A stretch of DNA of 64,000 nucleotides from Vairimorpha necatrix (lineage: Eukaryota). Positions 1-13,522 of this stretch are shown piece by piece. A program made the translations under genes and the position numbers. Each line of letters opens with the position of its first letter. Within the stretch, counting starts at the first letter, position 1. The stretch lies in the NCBI GenBank assembly GCA_036630325.1, contig CP142733.1, positions 930,001 to 994,000 of the forward strand, in the 5' to 3' direction. The notes under the pieces were generated by a model. The model saw nothing but the letters and a program-made list of their open reading frames with translations, was not told the origin of the DNA and searched no databases.

Positions 1-1405
1 TTTTTACAATTATACATAGGCAAAGTGCATTCGGTTATTATTATAGTACATTATAATCATATAGATAAAATTTTATAACTAAGGTAAATTACCCTTTTTC
101 AGTATGAGTATCTTAGTTGTAAGAAAAGGCGTGATAGGAATTCTACAGAAAACCTTTTGCATATGTTTTAACAAGCAATTACAGTTTTAAATGAAAAATT
201 GTTATCAAATACCATCATAATTTTTTATTGTTGATTCCATCCAAATTATAATTAAGTTTATCTATTGTACTATAAATCTTAATAAATCAAATTATTCTGA
301 GCTACTAATGATGTAATGTTTGATTTTTTTTAATTAAGAAACCATTATAAAATATGTCATTTGTTTTAACAAACATCTACACACCAGACGGGTCGAAAAT
401 AATAGAAATCTCGAAACGAGCGTGTCCAGATTTAAGATAAAGAATTTGTAAGTAATAATGTAGTATAATGACCATCATCAACTTTGAGTATAATATTTTC
501 TCTAATTAAAAATTTGTTCATTGATTAATAATAATTGTTGTTAAAAGTTTTTTTACTGGACGTTAAAAACACAAAGCATTATACTCTGTTAGTACATGTA
601 GAGCCGAGATGCAATTTGATCGACACGATTAGAAAAAGAGTATTAAAATAAGAATCCCAAATATAAGAGACAGTATAATAAACAAAACCATTCTTAATTA
701 GCTAAAGTTTTTAACGTTTTTTTTTTTTCCTTATTAAAAGTTGTTTGACACCATAAGTATTCATTTATCCACAAAAAAGTCAACTACATACTTGAAAGCT
801 ATACATATCAACAAATAAAAAACAATAAATAAAGTGCTCTTAATATTAAAATATGACAAATTTCAAAAGGGTATTAGAAACATAAAATTAATTAAATAAC
901 CAAAATTGCAATTGACTTTTTTATGTTCTGTTAATCTTATACAGTGTAAAAAAAGAAATTTAGGTTTATATGAATACTAAGTGGTATTTTAATTAAATAC
1001 ATTTTTTTTATTTTAATATCAAATTAAAATGAAAATCAGGAAAATAAATGCAAAAGCAATATGTATAGAAAATATTTTCATTTTAGTATTGTAAACGTCA
1101 TAACTGTCATAATTATCAAACAAAATTTTTTTTTAAAATTCACGTCAAAAATCTCATTTTTAAAAACAGAAATAAAAAATCGAATCTATTTAAACCAATA
1201 ATGAATATATTTGCTTTGAAAAGTAATTTTTTAAAAAAAAAACATGTCAAATGTGAAAGGTAACAAAAAATAAAATAATAAATTTTGACATTTATATTGT
1301 ATAGAGATCAATTCAAAAAATAAAAGGCTTTTCATCTAATTTAAAAAATTTAGAATCGTTTTTATTTTAAACCCTTTATAAATAATTTTTTTTCCAACCC
1401 TCTAT

Positions 1406-2359
1406 ATGTTTTTTTACATTTTATCAGTTATATGTTCAGAGATAAAAGATATTAAGAGTGAAATTTTAGACCGAACAGAAGAGAATAATCATTACAAAAT
1501 TAAAAATCCAATATTTCCGAAGTGTCAAAACCTTTTTATTGAAAAAAATATCAGAAATAATAAACAATTCAATGCACCTGATTCTATCAGCACTTCAAAT
1601 TCGAGATACAATCCTTATAAAAGAGAAAAGGGTTTTTTTGGTGAGGGTTCTGGTTCTAGTGCACTTGTTAAACCTCTTGATTTATCTTTTAAATCGACAA
1701 AAACAGAAAATATTAATTCAATTGCAAAATATTGTCAATTTACAATTGAAAAGCGCGTCGAAGAATACAACAATCTACTTAAGCAATTGAAAAGTCTTAT
1801 ATCGACATGGGAACATCAAGATTCGCAATTTAGAGATATATCTTCTAGATTAGAATTCGGCAATAGATCTGATCAAGGGCTATATTATAGTAGTAGAGCT
1901 AAAGTATATCCATGGGTAAAAAACCACGGTTCAATTGTCCATGATTATCTTATACGTATCTTGGAATTGATTTTGAAAAGTAAAACTGATCAGAATATAA
2001 AAATTTTGTTATACAGACAGATTCAATTTATTTATGAAGCAATGTTCTACGTCCAAAAACTATTGCCTTTTAAAGAAAATTACAAACCTATAAGCATTGA
2101 ATTATCTGTTTATCATATCCGTTTAGTTTACAGACTTCCGATATTATATAGAAGTTTCAATTTTCTGGACGCGTTTTTGGATTTTTGTCAAACTCTGAAA
2201 AGCTACCACAATGTCCAAGATCCTATCTGTCTTGAAATATTGACTTTAATAGAACCTTTACGCCGAAAAATTTCTAGTGATTCTAAACATCTTAATACGT
2301 TTATTTATAATATTGATCAGATGATAGTAATCCTTGAGAAGGCCCAACTATCTAATTAA
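1406..2359 (+). CDS. Putative secreted protein, divergent member of the ~300-aa paralog family; carries RYNPY and PLDLSFK motifs
   Basis: 317-aa ORF with CCC upstream of the ATG and a hydrophobic N-terminus (MFFYILSVICS). Its C-terminal block (AMFYVQKLLP...YRLPILYRSFNF) aligns by eye with the family block (VMSYxxxLxP...RFPYLFDYFNL). Confidence 0.8.
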   Translation: MFFYILSVICSEIKDIKSEILDRTEENNHYKIKNPIFPKCQNLFIEKNIRNNKQFNAPDSISTSNSRYNPYKREKGFFGEGSGSSALVKPLDLSFKSTKTENINSIAKYCQFTIEKRVEEYNNLLKQLKSLISTWEHQDSQFRDISSRLEFGNRSDQGLYYSSRAKVYPWVKNHGSIVHDYLIRILELILKSKTDQNIKILLYRQIQFIYEAMFYVQKLLPFKENYKPISIELSVYHIRLVYRLPILYRSFNFLDAFLDFCQTLKSYHNVQDPICLEILTLIEPLRRKISSDSKHLNTFIYNIDQMIVILEKAQLSN

Positions 2360-2576
2360 ATACTTAATTGAAAACCCATGGTGCATCAAAAAATTTTTAC
2401 TTCTTTTTTTATGTTTTAATCTTGTACATATATATATCATATTTTTATAAATTGCAAAAAAACACTTAATCAATTTAAAATAAACATTTCCTAAAACAAT
2501 GCTCTTTCTCTATTTGCCAAAGAATCAATATAAGCTAAATTATTAGTAGTACATTGTTTAACACATGAATTTATTC

Positions 2577-3672
2577 GGAGCTTATTGTGTATGCGATCAG
2601 AATTTTTTTTTAAAAAAAAATTCTGACCCCTAAAAATGGAAAATAGTGACTTTAAAATTTCTGATCGCATATCAAAGAAAAGCACGAAAATCAAAATAAA
2701 GGCAATACAAAGGCTTTTCTATGGTATTGGCGACTGTTTAAACATATTACTTGAGTTAGAAGTCTTGAAAGTGCAAAAGAAGTGCTTTAAATGCAATGAG
2801 ATTTCAAATGTTGTATTATATAAGGAGAGAGAGAGGTTAAAAGAGTGGTATACAGGTGTTCTAATTATAAAAGCAGTGCTAAAATATCAGTTAACAAAGG
2901 AAGCAAGTTACCTTTATATAATTTTTGTGAATTAATATTTTTAATTTTGTGTAGGAGTAGTTATTTTACTATAGAGGCAAAACTAGGAGTTTCTTCATCG
3001 ACAGTTTCCGATGCAAAAAATAGAATTAGAGAAATTTTTAAAAACAAAATTTCTAAGTGGCTTATTATTGGTGGACCAGGAAAAATTGTCCAAGTTGATG
3101 AGTCTGTAATTCGTAGAAGAGGTAAAATAAGAAAATAACAAGTTGTGATGATATAATCCCTGATACTGTTTGGATAATAGGTATAGTAGAAGCATCTAAT
3201 CCTACGAACTTTTACATTACAGTGGTGGATAATAGGAAATTCAGTGTTAAACAGTTGCTCTAGAAGGTAAAATAGGCGTTGGTTCGATTTTACATAGTGA
3301 TGGTCATCGGAGTTATCCAAGTGTAAAACGAAATCTTTGTCTTGAACATAAGGTAGTAAACCACTCTATCGGGGTTAAATCTGCAGATGGTACTCATACC
3401 AATAACATTGAGAATGTATGGTCGCAGCTAAAATCTGAAATGGCCAAATAACATGGAGTTAAGCGTAATGAAATTGATTCATGTCTCAATGAAATTATAT
3501 TTACAAAAAAGTTTTTGTAGAGATGACAATTTAGACGAGTTTTACGACTGTTATTTGATTGTTTATAATTTACTCAATTAAATCAAATTTATAGTATTTT
3601 TTAACGTTTTTTTCATATTTTTTTCCTTTACAAGGGGGGTCTTGGTGTTCAATCGCATACCAAAGAAGTACC
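2577..3672 (+). mobile_element. Merlin (IS1595/ISXO2-like) DNA transposon with disrupted transposase
   Basis: 8-bp TSD ATTTATTC (2569-2576 and 3673-3680). Imperfect TIRs GGAGCTTATTGTGTATGCGAT / GGTACTTCTTTGGTATGCGAT (rc). Transposase motifs GGPGKIVQVDES, HSDG, VVNHS and HTNNIE are spread over frameshifted frames starting at ATG 2636. Confidence 0.9.
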
Positions 3673-5854
3673 ATTTATTCAGTTATAAATAATCTGAAAA
3701 TGCTTTCTCAAAATTTAGTATTCCGAATTAGTCTCTGTTTAAATTGAATACATAGATATAATTGCAATCTTTTAAAAAAAAATTTTAGATATTTAGATGA
3801 TATTTTAGTCACAAAAATTTAAAATGTTAAGATAAATATGGTACAACTTGTAAATAAATTTCGAGTATCTATGTTATGGATTCGAAATATTATTTCCATT
3901 TTTTTACAGATTTTTAAACTATTCAAAGTAATGAGCTTTATTTTTAATATGCAAGTAAATCTAGTTTATATAAAAAATCTAGAAATTATAGCAACAAATT
4001 TCTGCAGGCCAACGCTATAAACCCTAGATAAGGACTCTAATTTTACAAAAAATCTGATCGGAGCTCATGACTTTAGTGCAAATTTTTTATGAAAATGCAT
4101 GTTTTTTTCTAGTTTATACTTAAAAAATAGTAAATATATGCAAGAAAACTACAAAAAATAAAGATTTATAAATAAAACATATTTTTTGCGGAATAAACAT
4201 ACATAACTATATCAAAAATACTTTAAGCAATAAAAAAATAATATTTTTAAAAAAAATTAAAAAAGAGAAACATGAATTTACATAAATTGTTTTCTAAATT
4301 CGCATTATAAATTCAAAAGTATTAACTGCTGGAAATATGCCACAAAATGAAATATAAAAAATCAGTTGAATTTTCGATAATGAATTAACCTGCTCTCAAA
4401 TACAATATTTTTACAACCAATAAAAGTATATCTAAATGCTTAAAATGGGAAGACTAAAATCATTAAAGCCCTTATTACACTAAAAAATATTTAGAAAAAG
4501 AAATTATGCAAGCCCATGATTCGCCGTATTGGTTATAAAGAAAAAAGACATCTCAACTGTTTTTAAGATTAACTGAATAAAAAATATTTAAACACTTTTG
4601 AAATAAAACAAGAGTATAAAAAGAATTAGACACAATTAGTTATAAATAGTACATCAATTTTATAGATATTCAGAATGGATTCTTGATGTGTGAGATAGAG
4701 AAACCTAAATGGATTGGAGAAATTATAAAGATCAATTTTCATATTTAATAAACCGTTCGAGTAATTAAATTTATACATAACACGTAAATTCCGTATAATT
4801 TATTACTTAAATATTTTTTTAAAAATTTATATTAAAGGATTAAGTGTGTTTGTTTTTTTTGTTTTAGAGCATAGATCAAGGGCTGTAAAAAATTTTACTT
4901 TTTGTTGAATAATCATACACATGTGTAGTCAAAATTCAATTTCAAAAATATGGGGTTTATTTTTACAAAAGTACCTATTGTAGCATTTTAATTATTTTAT
5001 GCGTTTAATGTTGTAATCGACATCATAAAACAAACTAAATTTAATATATAATCAGCAAAAAATTAAATCTATATTACGTGAATTGAATTTAGAAGTCTAA
5101 AGCCGATGTTACCAAAAGCTGAGAGCGGCAAAAGTACAGAAGGGGCATAATGTTAAATCAAGGTTATCACAGAATAAAAATTGTCAAGACCTTAGTATAT
5201 ACTCTAGATGTTCCATTTTAATTATCTCTTATTTAGATTTACTCATACATAATACTTAAAAAATAAATCGTTGTGCTAAAATACATAGACAATATGCGAT
5301 TTAAATTAAGAGTTACATTATTTTAGGATAAGTCTTATATTCAATTTAGTCACTGATAAAATTTATCAAATGAAAGTTTTCTCTTTTAGTGAATGAAATT
5401 AAAATGTAAATCTAGATTTTGTTACGATGAAAAATCTACCTAAGTATGAGATAACTTCCAAGATTTTTTGTTGTTTACATATCTTTTTTGATAAAACACT
5501 TATTTATGCGAATAGTAATAAAACTTAGCACATTATTATTTTTTTTTAAACAGCAAACGGTACATCATACATTGATCTAAGAGTATTGAATAATTGATAA
5601 ATATTTAAATCCATCGAAATATTTTTATGATTGTGTTAATGTTCGAAAAACAATTAAAAATAATTTTTGGCTTATTTAAGTTTTGCGATGTATCTATGTA
5701 TCATATTGTATCAATAATTTTTAAAATTAAAAATTTTATAATTCACAAAAACTTTACTAATACTAAAAAAAATCTCAAGAAAGTTTAGTTACAGCATGTA
5801 ATAAATCTTTACGTAAAATTTAGTATACACGTTTTAACTTACAAATGAACTTTT

Positions 5855-7192
5855 TTAATTATTTTTTGGTCCAGTATATCTTCCAACCAGTACAGGAAAG
5901 ATAAAAGAAAATGATCCTTCGCTATTTAAAACTTGCGAATTTCTGATATCCAATAAATAAAATACGAAAGATCGATTGCAAAAAAAACTTATAGTATTCT
6001 TGGCTACCAAATTTGACACATTTTGAGAATATGACTCTCCTGTACATATACCCGATTCACTAAACTCAATGATAGTTTTATGCTTGATATTCATTTTTGT
6101 AGTGTCATAAGGGGAAAAGTCTTTATTAAGTTCTAAATCCTTGTTTATGATATCTGATGAAAGTAGTCCGTTGAAAACTTTATTAAGATTGCACTCGGTT
6201 TCGATCTTAAATTTTGGTATTTCTAAGTCTACAGTGTAATATTGACAATCTCTAGTTGCCAGCCTTTTAAATTCATTTTTGAACTCCATGTGAAGTTGTG
6301 GCGGAATATAGAAATTGGTATCAGGTAGAACTATCACTAAACATAATGATTCGGAAAAATTTTCGAGGTCAATACGAATAAAACGAAGCCCATCTGCGTA
6401 TAAATAATTAAATACACCTTTTTGTCTCATCATTGGTATTTTATAAAAACATTTCTTATTATAAAACTTTTTCATTTTTGTGTCACGTGGGTTGAATTTG
6501 TTTAACCACTCACTTGTGATATAAACTGTGTTCATTAAAAATAACGGACTTTCAATTTGAGGACTAAAAAGACTGCTGAAGATTTTAGATGTCTTTTTAT
6601 ATATCGTACTATAAAAAGTATCTGATCTCTTATCAGTGTCTTTAAATTCAATAATCAACTCGATAACATTGAACAATGTTTTACATTTCTTGAGTATATC
6701 ATTGTCTTTAAGTCTTTTGTCATAACACAAAATATTCTTTAAACCTTTTTAAACGTCTTCATGGAAAAAGAAAATGATATGAGATTTAATATTTTCGTAA
6801 AATGAATCCTCTATTTTCAACTCATAATTTTCAAGAATATTTAATAAAGCCTGTTTAGTCGTGCCTTCGGTAATTTGCAAGAGTACATAGAAGATACAAC
6901 AAAGGCCATATGGTGAAAAGACATCACTCTTTTTATTGTCAGCAGCAGCGGAAACTATTGAGTCATAAACAACCTTCTCAATTGGATCCAGTTCCCCAGC
7001 ACCCAATTTAGAATATAAGTTTTTATTTTCAAATAAAAAATTTTCTTGTGCGCGAATCCGTTTTCCTAGCCGTATTCCGCATCTACTTTCTTTTAAATCA
7101 GTTTTTTCTGTTGTATTTCTCGTTTCGTTATACATATGTAAAATGCCTAAATCGCAAAGTGTCATAAATGTATTGTAGAAGACATAGTTCAT
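5855..7192 (-). pseudogene. Serpin with one in-frame premature stop (TAA at 6749-6751)
   Basis: ORFs 6749-7237 and 5855-6730 are in the same frame and colinear with the serpin at 7786-9114. Serpin motifs FSPYG, NTVYxxxxW, IPMM, LPD, IPKFKIE and NRSFVF are present. Likely ATG at 7192 after CCT. Confidence 0.85.
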
Positions 7193-7785
7193 AGGATTAA
7201 ACAAAAATAAATTTTTATATAATTTAATAAAAATCAAATTTCAATATAATACAAAAAAAATTATAAGCTACAAAAGAATAGCTCATAAAAAAATTAGGTT
7301 TGTATAGTATAGAAAGGATAAACATAATGGTGAGAATATGGTTTAAATTATCATTTTACTAAAATTAATCAAGCTCGATTGAACTTTTTTAAGAACTAGT
7401 AACATATTTTATACAATATAACCAAATTTAAATTCAAAAAAATCATTTAATGTGTTTAAACACAAAAAAATAATTTTGAATAATACTTTTGACATTGTTT
7501 AAAGATATAAAGTAAAATTTGAAATTAATATAAAAAGCTCATAAGTATCAGATAGTTGACAATGACCATCTAAAATAAACATATGCATAATCAAAATTGG
7601 ATGAGAAAATTTGCTTACCTACTTATTAAAATCGGCTACTAATATGGTCTTTTCATTTTTTAAAGCTACTATAGGAAACGTTATAAAAAAACAAAATCAA
7701 GAGCATAAAGGACCATTAAGATGCTGATGGGAAAATTTTTAACATACGTTATTGTTATTATAAGTACTTAAAGAGCAAATTTTTA

Positions 7786-9114
7786 TTATTGTCCTGTATA
7801 TCTTCCCACCAATATGGGGAAAGCAGAAATCAACAAACCCTCGAAATCCTCAATAAGAGGATATCTTGTATCAAACAAAAAAAATACAAAGGGTCGATTA
7901 CAATGATAATAAATATTTTTCGTACCTATTATAGTTGATTTGTTCTTGGAATATTTTACATTTGTACATATTCCAGATTCTGTAAACTCAATAACCGTCT
8001 CCTGCCTTACATTAATCTTAGTACTTTCCAATGATTTTGATTCTACGCCCAAATCCAAATCTTTATCCATGAGATCTGATTCTAAAAATTTTTTAAATAC
8101 ATTATTGAGATTACATTCAGTTTCGATTTTAAACTTGGGCATTTCTAAGTCTACATTGTAGGATGAACATTCTCCAGTGATAAGTCTTTTAAATTCACTT
8201 TGATATATAACATAAAGAAGTTCGGAAATATAAATGTCTGTATCTGGTAAAACAATTATTAAACACAATGAATCAATACAGCCCTTAAGATCAATTCGTA
8301 AAAAATTAAGTCCATCTGCGTAAATATATTTAAATACCCCCTTTTGTTTCATCATTGGTACTTTACATGTATTGGTATTGTTATAAAAATTTTTGAAGCT
8401 TGTATCTTTTGAGTTAAATTGATTCAACCACGCACCTTTGAAATAAACCGTATTAATTAAATATAACGGTTTTACTACTTTGGGGCTAAAAAAATTACTA
8501 AATAAATTGCAAGTTTTATCAGAAATAACATCGCCGACCACTTCAATTGCATTATAGTTTTCTTTGAAATCGATTATTACTTCCTCAACATTAAATTGTT
8601 TATTGGTTTTTTTTAGCAAAACGTCAATTTTTACATTTTGGTCATGACAAAGGAAATTATTGATGCCAATTTGAGTGCATTCACTTACCAGTGACTTAAA
8701 ATTTTTTGACATATCTTTATAGAATGAGTCATCTAAAGTAAGTCCACTTGATTCAATTATTTTCAACAAAGATTTTTTGGTATTACCTTCTGTAATTTGT
8801 AACAGAACACAAAAAACGACACAAAAACTGTATGGCGAAAATATATCACTTTTATAACTATCAGCAGCATTTAAAAAGATTGAATTTAATATTGCATTGT
8901 CAAAGGGGCCAATAAATCGAAATCCAAACATATAATCCATATTTAATGTTTTACATTTCATTCTTTCAAAAATTTCGACCCTTATACCTAATTTATAGCC
9001 AGAGCGAGCTTTTATAATATCAACACAGCCGGTTGTATTTCTGATCTCGTTATAAAAGTATAAAATACTGAAATCACACAGTACCATCACTTTCGTACAA
9101 TACAAACTTTTCAT
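7786..9114 (-). CDS. Serpin-family protein with N-terminal extension
   Basis: FSPYS, NTVYFKGAW, VPMM, VLPD, MPKFKIE and CNRPFVFFLFD motifs. ATG 9114 is directly preceded by CCC; the ORF track extends to 9162. Confidence 0.92.
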   Translation of the reverse strand: MKSLYCTKVMVLCDFSILYFYNEIRNTTGCVDIIKARSGYKLGIRVEIFERMKCKTLNMDYMFGFRFIGPFDNAILNSIFLNAADSYKSDIFSPYSFCVVFCVLLQITEGNTKKSLLKIIESSGLTLDDSFYKDMSKNFKSLVSECTQIGINNFLCHDQNVKIDVLLKKTNKQFNVEEVIIDFKENYNAIEVVGDVISDKTCNLFSNFFSPKVVKPLYLINTVYFKGAWLNQFNSKDTSFKNFYNNTNTCKVPMMKQKGVFKYIYADGLNFLRIDLKGCIDSLCLIIVLPDTDIYISELLYVIYQSEFKRLITGECSSYNVDLEMPKFKIETECNLNNVFKKFLESDLMDKDLDLGVESKSLESTKINVRQETVIEFTESGICTNVKYSKNKSTIIGTKNIYYHCNRPFVFFLFDTRYPLIEDFEGLLISAFPILVGRYTGQ

Positions 9115-11494
9115 GGGATCAAATGTGTTGTTAAATTTATATGAAAATAAATTAAACGTCATTTTTTTATTAATTTCATTTAACTACTACTCAATAAAAT
9201 TTCAAAATATTATAAGTAAATACTTGAATATAAGTTTTTGCAGCCCATGTGTTAAAATAATAGACTATATTTTATTAGTGTTTAAATTATTTAATTTAGC
9301 AAAATTTTGACATTTTAAATTTGCAACGGTAATTAGAAAAACTATTTAATATTATATATTCTTAGTTACACTGTACAATATGTTAAACCTACAAGTATTT
9401 TTTAAAAGTTTATATTTTTTATTTAGATTCATAAATTAATACAAATTACAATAAAAGTAAACAATATGAAAAAAATATAAAAAATTTGCATATATTTTGT
9501 TTATTATGGTTTTTGATTTTGACATTTTTGAATGATTTTTGTTTAACATTTTTGGTAAATATTTATAAGTACAAAAGTAGATTCTATAAATTGCATTGTT
9601 TTTTTCTAATTAATTTTTCAATATATGATTTGCGTTTTGTTTTCAGAAAAATATATATTCCATGCACCATTATTTCTAATTTTTTCTTTTTCATTAATGT
9701 ATTCCTGTTGTATCATAAAAACCTAAAATGTATATAAGCTTCCTTATTGTATAATTGATTTTCTGTTCAAGTGTTTTTTAAGCACTTATATAACATAAAA
9801 TAGTAAAATAGTTACATTTTATTCGTAATTTATAAATATATAATATATTTTTTCCTATTTAAACATAATATTTTACCCAAAATAATTCTAAATTAAACAT
9901 TTTATCATAATTTCCTCAGAATAACGTCAAATGCAAGCTACTATATGTATATTTGGATATATTCGTTTTTTCTTGTAATTTTGTACATTTTAAAATATCC
10001 ATAACACAACATTCTAATATTATTTTGGAATACAACTACGTAAAATATAATAAGTTTTAAACAGGTTCCGTTTTACATTCTACACAATCAAAACCGAATT
10101 TTTAATATAAGTAAAAAAATATGAACTTTTAAAACTAATCAAAATATACGCAATTATATTTTCATTGGCTAATATTGTGAGATTGATACTTACTATAGCC
10201 TTGCCGGAGAAGCAATATTTGAAATATTCAATCAATTTTGGCTAATAAAATAGTTTTGCAATCTATATCCATATGCATCGAGGATTTAAAAAAAAATTTA
10301 TTCACATAACGGTTTAAATTATAGAGAACGACATCATAGTACTCTCATATTAGCTCTCCAATATCTTAAGCATCTTGCACAAGCTCATTTACAATGTCGC
10401 AAGACCAATTTTTAATTTTTTAGCTGCGCCGAACATTGATCCTATAAAAGTTTTAATCAGAAGGTACCAATAAATTATGAAAAAGTTCACGGAACAGCCT
10501 TGCTCTGATTTTAAATTTTTATGATTTTACAAAAAGTGTCTAATATAATAAATGCACTATAGGGGGTCTTTGTTCGCCATATATAGTACTTTAAAGACAA
10601 TGGATTTTCATTAAATTTATGTTATTTCAAATAGCAAGATGTGTTTTTCAATAGAGATAATCCTCTTTTGGCGGAATATACACGAGATTTATGGTTCAAA
10701 TAACGATTACCGATGACTCTTTTTTATCCACATGGTCAACACATTTTAATGAAAGAACCCTTTTGGTCATCATTAGAAATTAATACCTGTTAGTATGACC
10801 AAACATAATACTTTCGAACACTAAGCTACAAGAATCGAATTGAAATAAATTTTTTTCTTAAATGAAAAAAAAATTGAATAACTACATTAGAACTTCAATA
10901 ACTTTTAGTTGTGCCAAAATAGATAGATCTTACAAAAAATTAAATGCTTATTCGGTGTATAGATGATTTTATTGTATTAAACTCTTTATTGGCGAATACT
11001 ACACGCTATAATTGTCCTAAAGACGAATGCGTGACATTATTGTTTCAAATAAACGTTGTCGTTAAACTATTATTATATCAAAAATTACACTATACAAAAT
11101 CAATTTTTTACTGTAAAAAAACAAACAAATATTAACAATAAATAACATCTTGGAAAATAGAATCTTATTATAATACTTTCTGCGCATTTCTTATTTTTCT
11201 CACAATTCATTTAACAGTTTTTACCTAAAAATCATTTAGGCGCATGTTATTCTTGTTAATTTGATCATTCAAGATACAATTTTTTAAACATTTGATCAAA
11301 TTTATGAAATGATTTTTAATATTTTTAAAAATTAACAAAAAAATCTAGTCAAATTGATTAAAATTACAATTTACAATAATGTAATTCCATATTAGAGACC
11401 GAAAAAGCCCTTTGGCGAGGAAAGTAATACGCATAAAAAACTATATGACATATAACGATTCGTTTTCAAATTTATTAATAATTTCAAATATTAA

Positions 11495-12050
11495 TTATGG
11501 AAGAATTAGAAATCATTCAGTCCAGGGATGTGTAGCTAATGAGTATGTTGAGATACGAGTCGACAGTAGGATACATTCAAGTATTAAAATAAAGTATAAC
11601 AAGCCTGATATACTAATTGTAGACAAGTTGAGGAAAGAAGTGATCGTTGTAGAAGTTAAAATCACAAGTTTTAACAACCTCCATGCAGTAGAAACAGAAA
11701 AGAAACATAAATAAGACTTGCTCGCAAATCATGTGGCTTCTCTCTACAAATACAAGCCGAAAATTATTCCTTATGTGATGAAGTGGGATGGAATAGTAAA
11801 TAATTTTCACCGTACGCATATCAAAGTGCTCAGATTAGAACCCAGAACGGAAGCATATATACAGTCAAGAGTCCATAAAATGACTTTAGAAAGCCTAACT
11901 ATGTCAGCCAGACATGGGCTTGATACAGATCAGGAAGGGGGTTTCGAGGGCCCAATGAGTGAATCTCAGAAGGAAGTCATGGAACTGCCAGATAGACTGT
12001 AAGCGTATCTTGTACAAAGATATTATTAAGCCGAATATTATACCCAAATA
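11495..12050 (+). mobile_element. 5'-truncated non-LTR retrotransposon (restriction-like endonuclease clade), 3' end
   Basis: KYNKPDILIVDK...VVEVKIT (PD-(D/E)xK endonuclease), followed by KIIPYVMKWDG...EAYIQ...TLES. One internal stop. Homologous copy at 23.6-24.1 kb. The 5' boundary is approximate. Confidence 0.8.
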
Positions 12051-12409
12051 AATTATATATTAATTATGGAAAATATATTAATACTTTACACAAAATAAAT
12101 TTAACCAGTTCCAATTATACTAATCTTTAACATTTAAAAATATGCCTACATCTTTATATCATATTCTCATTGCATTAAATTTAAAAAATTCTGCCTTATA
12201 TGTTTTGTTCTTTTTTTTGATAAAATAGAATTTAAAAGGCCTTTTGAACACGTCATGTGTCAATAAAACAGACTTTATCAAATGTATGAGAGAACTATAA
12301 TAAATTAAAAACGGTTTTTACATCTGAAAGAAGTTTGCTAAAAATAATTTTGTTAAACTTGATTTTTAATTTATTTTTCGTTTATAAGTAAATTTTCATT
12401 GTTAACCTC

Positions 12410-13522
12410 ATGTATTTGTCGGTTAGTAAACTAGAAAGTTTATCTTACAAGATTTTTAATTATCTTGTAGAACATTACGATCCATCATTTGTAGTTTCAC
12501 CAATATCTATTTTTAATTTACTAGGAATTTTGTTAAATGAATCTACAGACGAGACAAAAAGAGAAATAAGAAATCTTTTCCAAATATCTGATGATATTGA
12601 TAATTTTAATTTAAGTCTTTTCAGAATTAACGAGGAAATAAAAAATTATAAAGAAAATGATACTAAAAGTAGAACTTTTAGTATAAATAATAAGATCTAT
12701 TGCAACAAAGAAATAAAAATGAATCCAAAAATCAAAGACAAGCTTTTCGAGACGGAGTTGTATGATATTGATCTTGTTAAAAAAAAAATGGTAAAAAACT
12801 CTGTAGATTTATCAAGATTTAAACATTATTTTGAAGACAAGTTACCAGAAAATGTAAAAAATTTTATAAGAAGTTCTTTGTGTTGGCAAGAACGTTGGAG
12901 AAAAGCTTTTTCCTTAAATGATGAAAAAGAAGATTTTATAGTTGGGGACAAAAAGATTCAATTTAATATGTTGACACAAACTAACCATGTGAATTATTAT
13001 GAAGCTGAAGAATTTAAAGCAATGCAAATTCCTTATTCAGATAGTGCTTATTCTTTTATAGGAGTTCTTCCTGAAGAAGGTGTCAGCGTAGAGACTGTTT
13101 TGAAATTAATTAATGAAAAAGGAATTCTTGATTTAGTGCATCAAATGACATCTACTAAGATTGAAATTTCTATTCCTCCATTTCAAATGAATAAAGAAAT
13201 TGACATGAAGGATTTGTTTGGAATGACAAGGTTTCAAGATTTTTTTCGAGATATTAATTTTTCCAAAATATTAAATGGATTAAAAGACCATCATTTGATA
13301 CATTCCCCGTCATATAAATGTGTAAAAGAAGGAATGAAGCCAAATAAAGAAGAAACTGGCCGAGGGAGTGTATTACATATATATTTTCCAACTAATTATG
13401 AAATTAAATTTACGAGGCCTTTTTTATATTTCATTGTTAAAAGTGGATTTGTAGAAATGGCGGATGAAAATTACGAGACTCTTTCTTGTTTTCCGGTTCT
13501 AATGGGTAGGTTTTCTGGATGA
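12410..13522 (+). CDS. Serpin-family protein (no signal peptide, atypical hinge)
   Basis: VVSPISI, WQERW...F, QIPY, VLPEEG, IPPFQM, KFTRPFLYFI and LMGRF motifs. Confidence 0.9.
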   Translation: MYLSVSKLESLSYKIFNYLVEHYDPSFVVSPISIFNLLGILLNESTDETKREIRNLFQISDDIDNFNLSLFRINEEIKNYKENDTKSRTFSINNKIYCNKEIKMNPKIKDKLFETELYDIDLVKKKMVKNSVDLSRFKHYFEDKLPENVKNFIRSSLCWQERWRKAFSLNDEKEDFIVGDKKIQFNMLTQTNHVNYYEAEEFKAMQIPYSDSAYSFIGVLPEEGVSVETVLKLINEKGILDLVHQMTSTKIEISIPPFQMNKEIDMKDLFGMTRFQDFFRDINFSKILNGLKDHHLIHSPSYKCVKEGMKPNKEETGRGSVLHIYFPTNYEIKFTRPFLYFIVKSGFVEMADENYETLSCFPVLMGRFSG

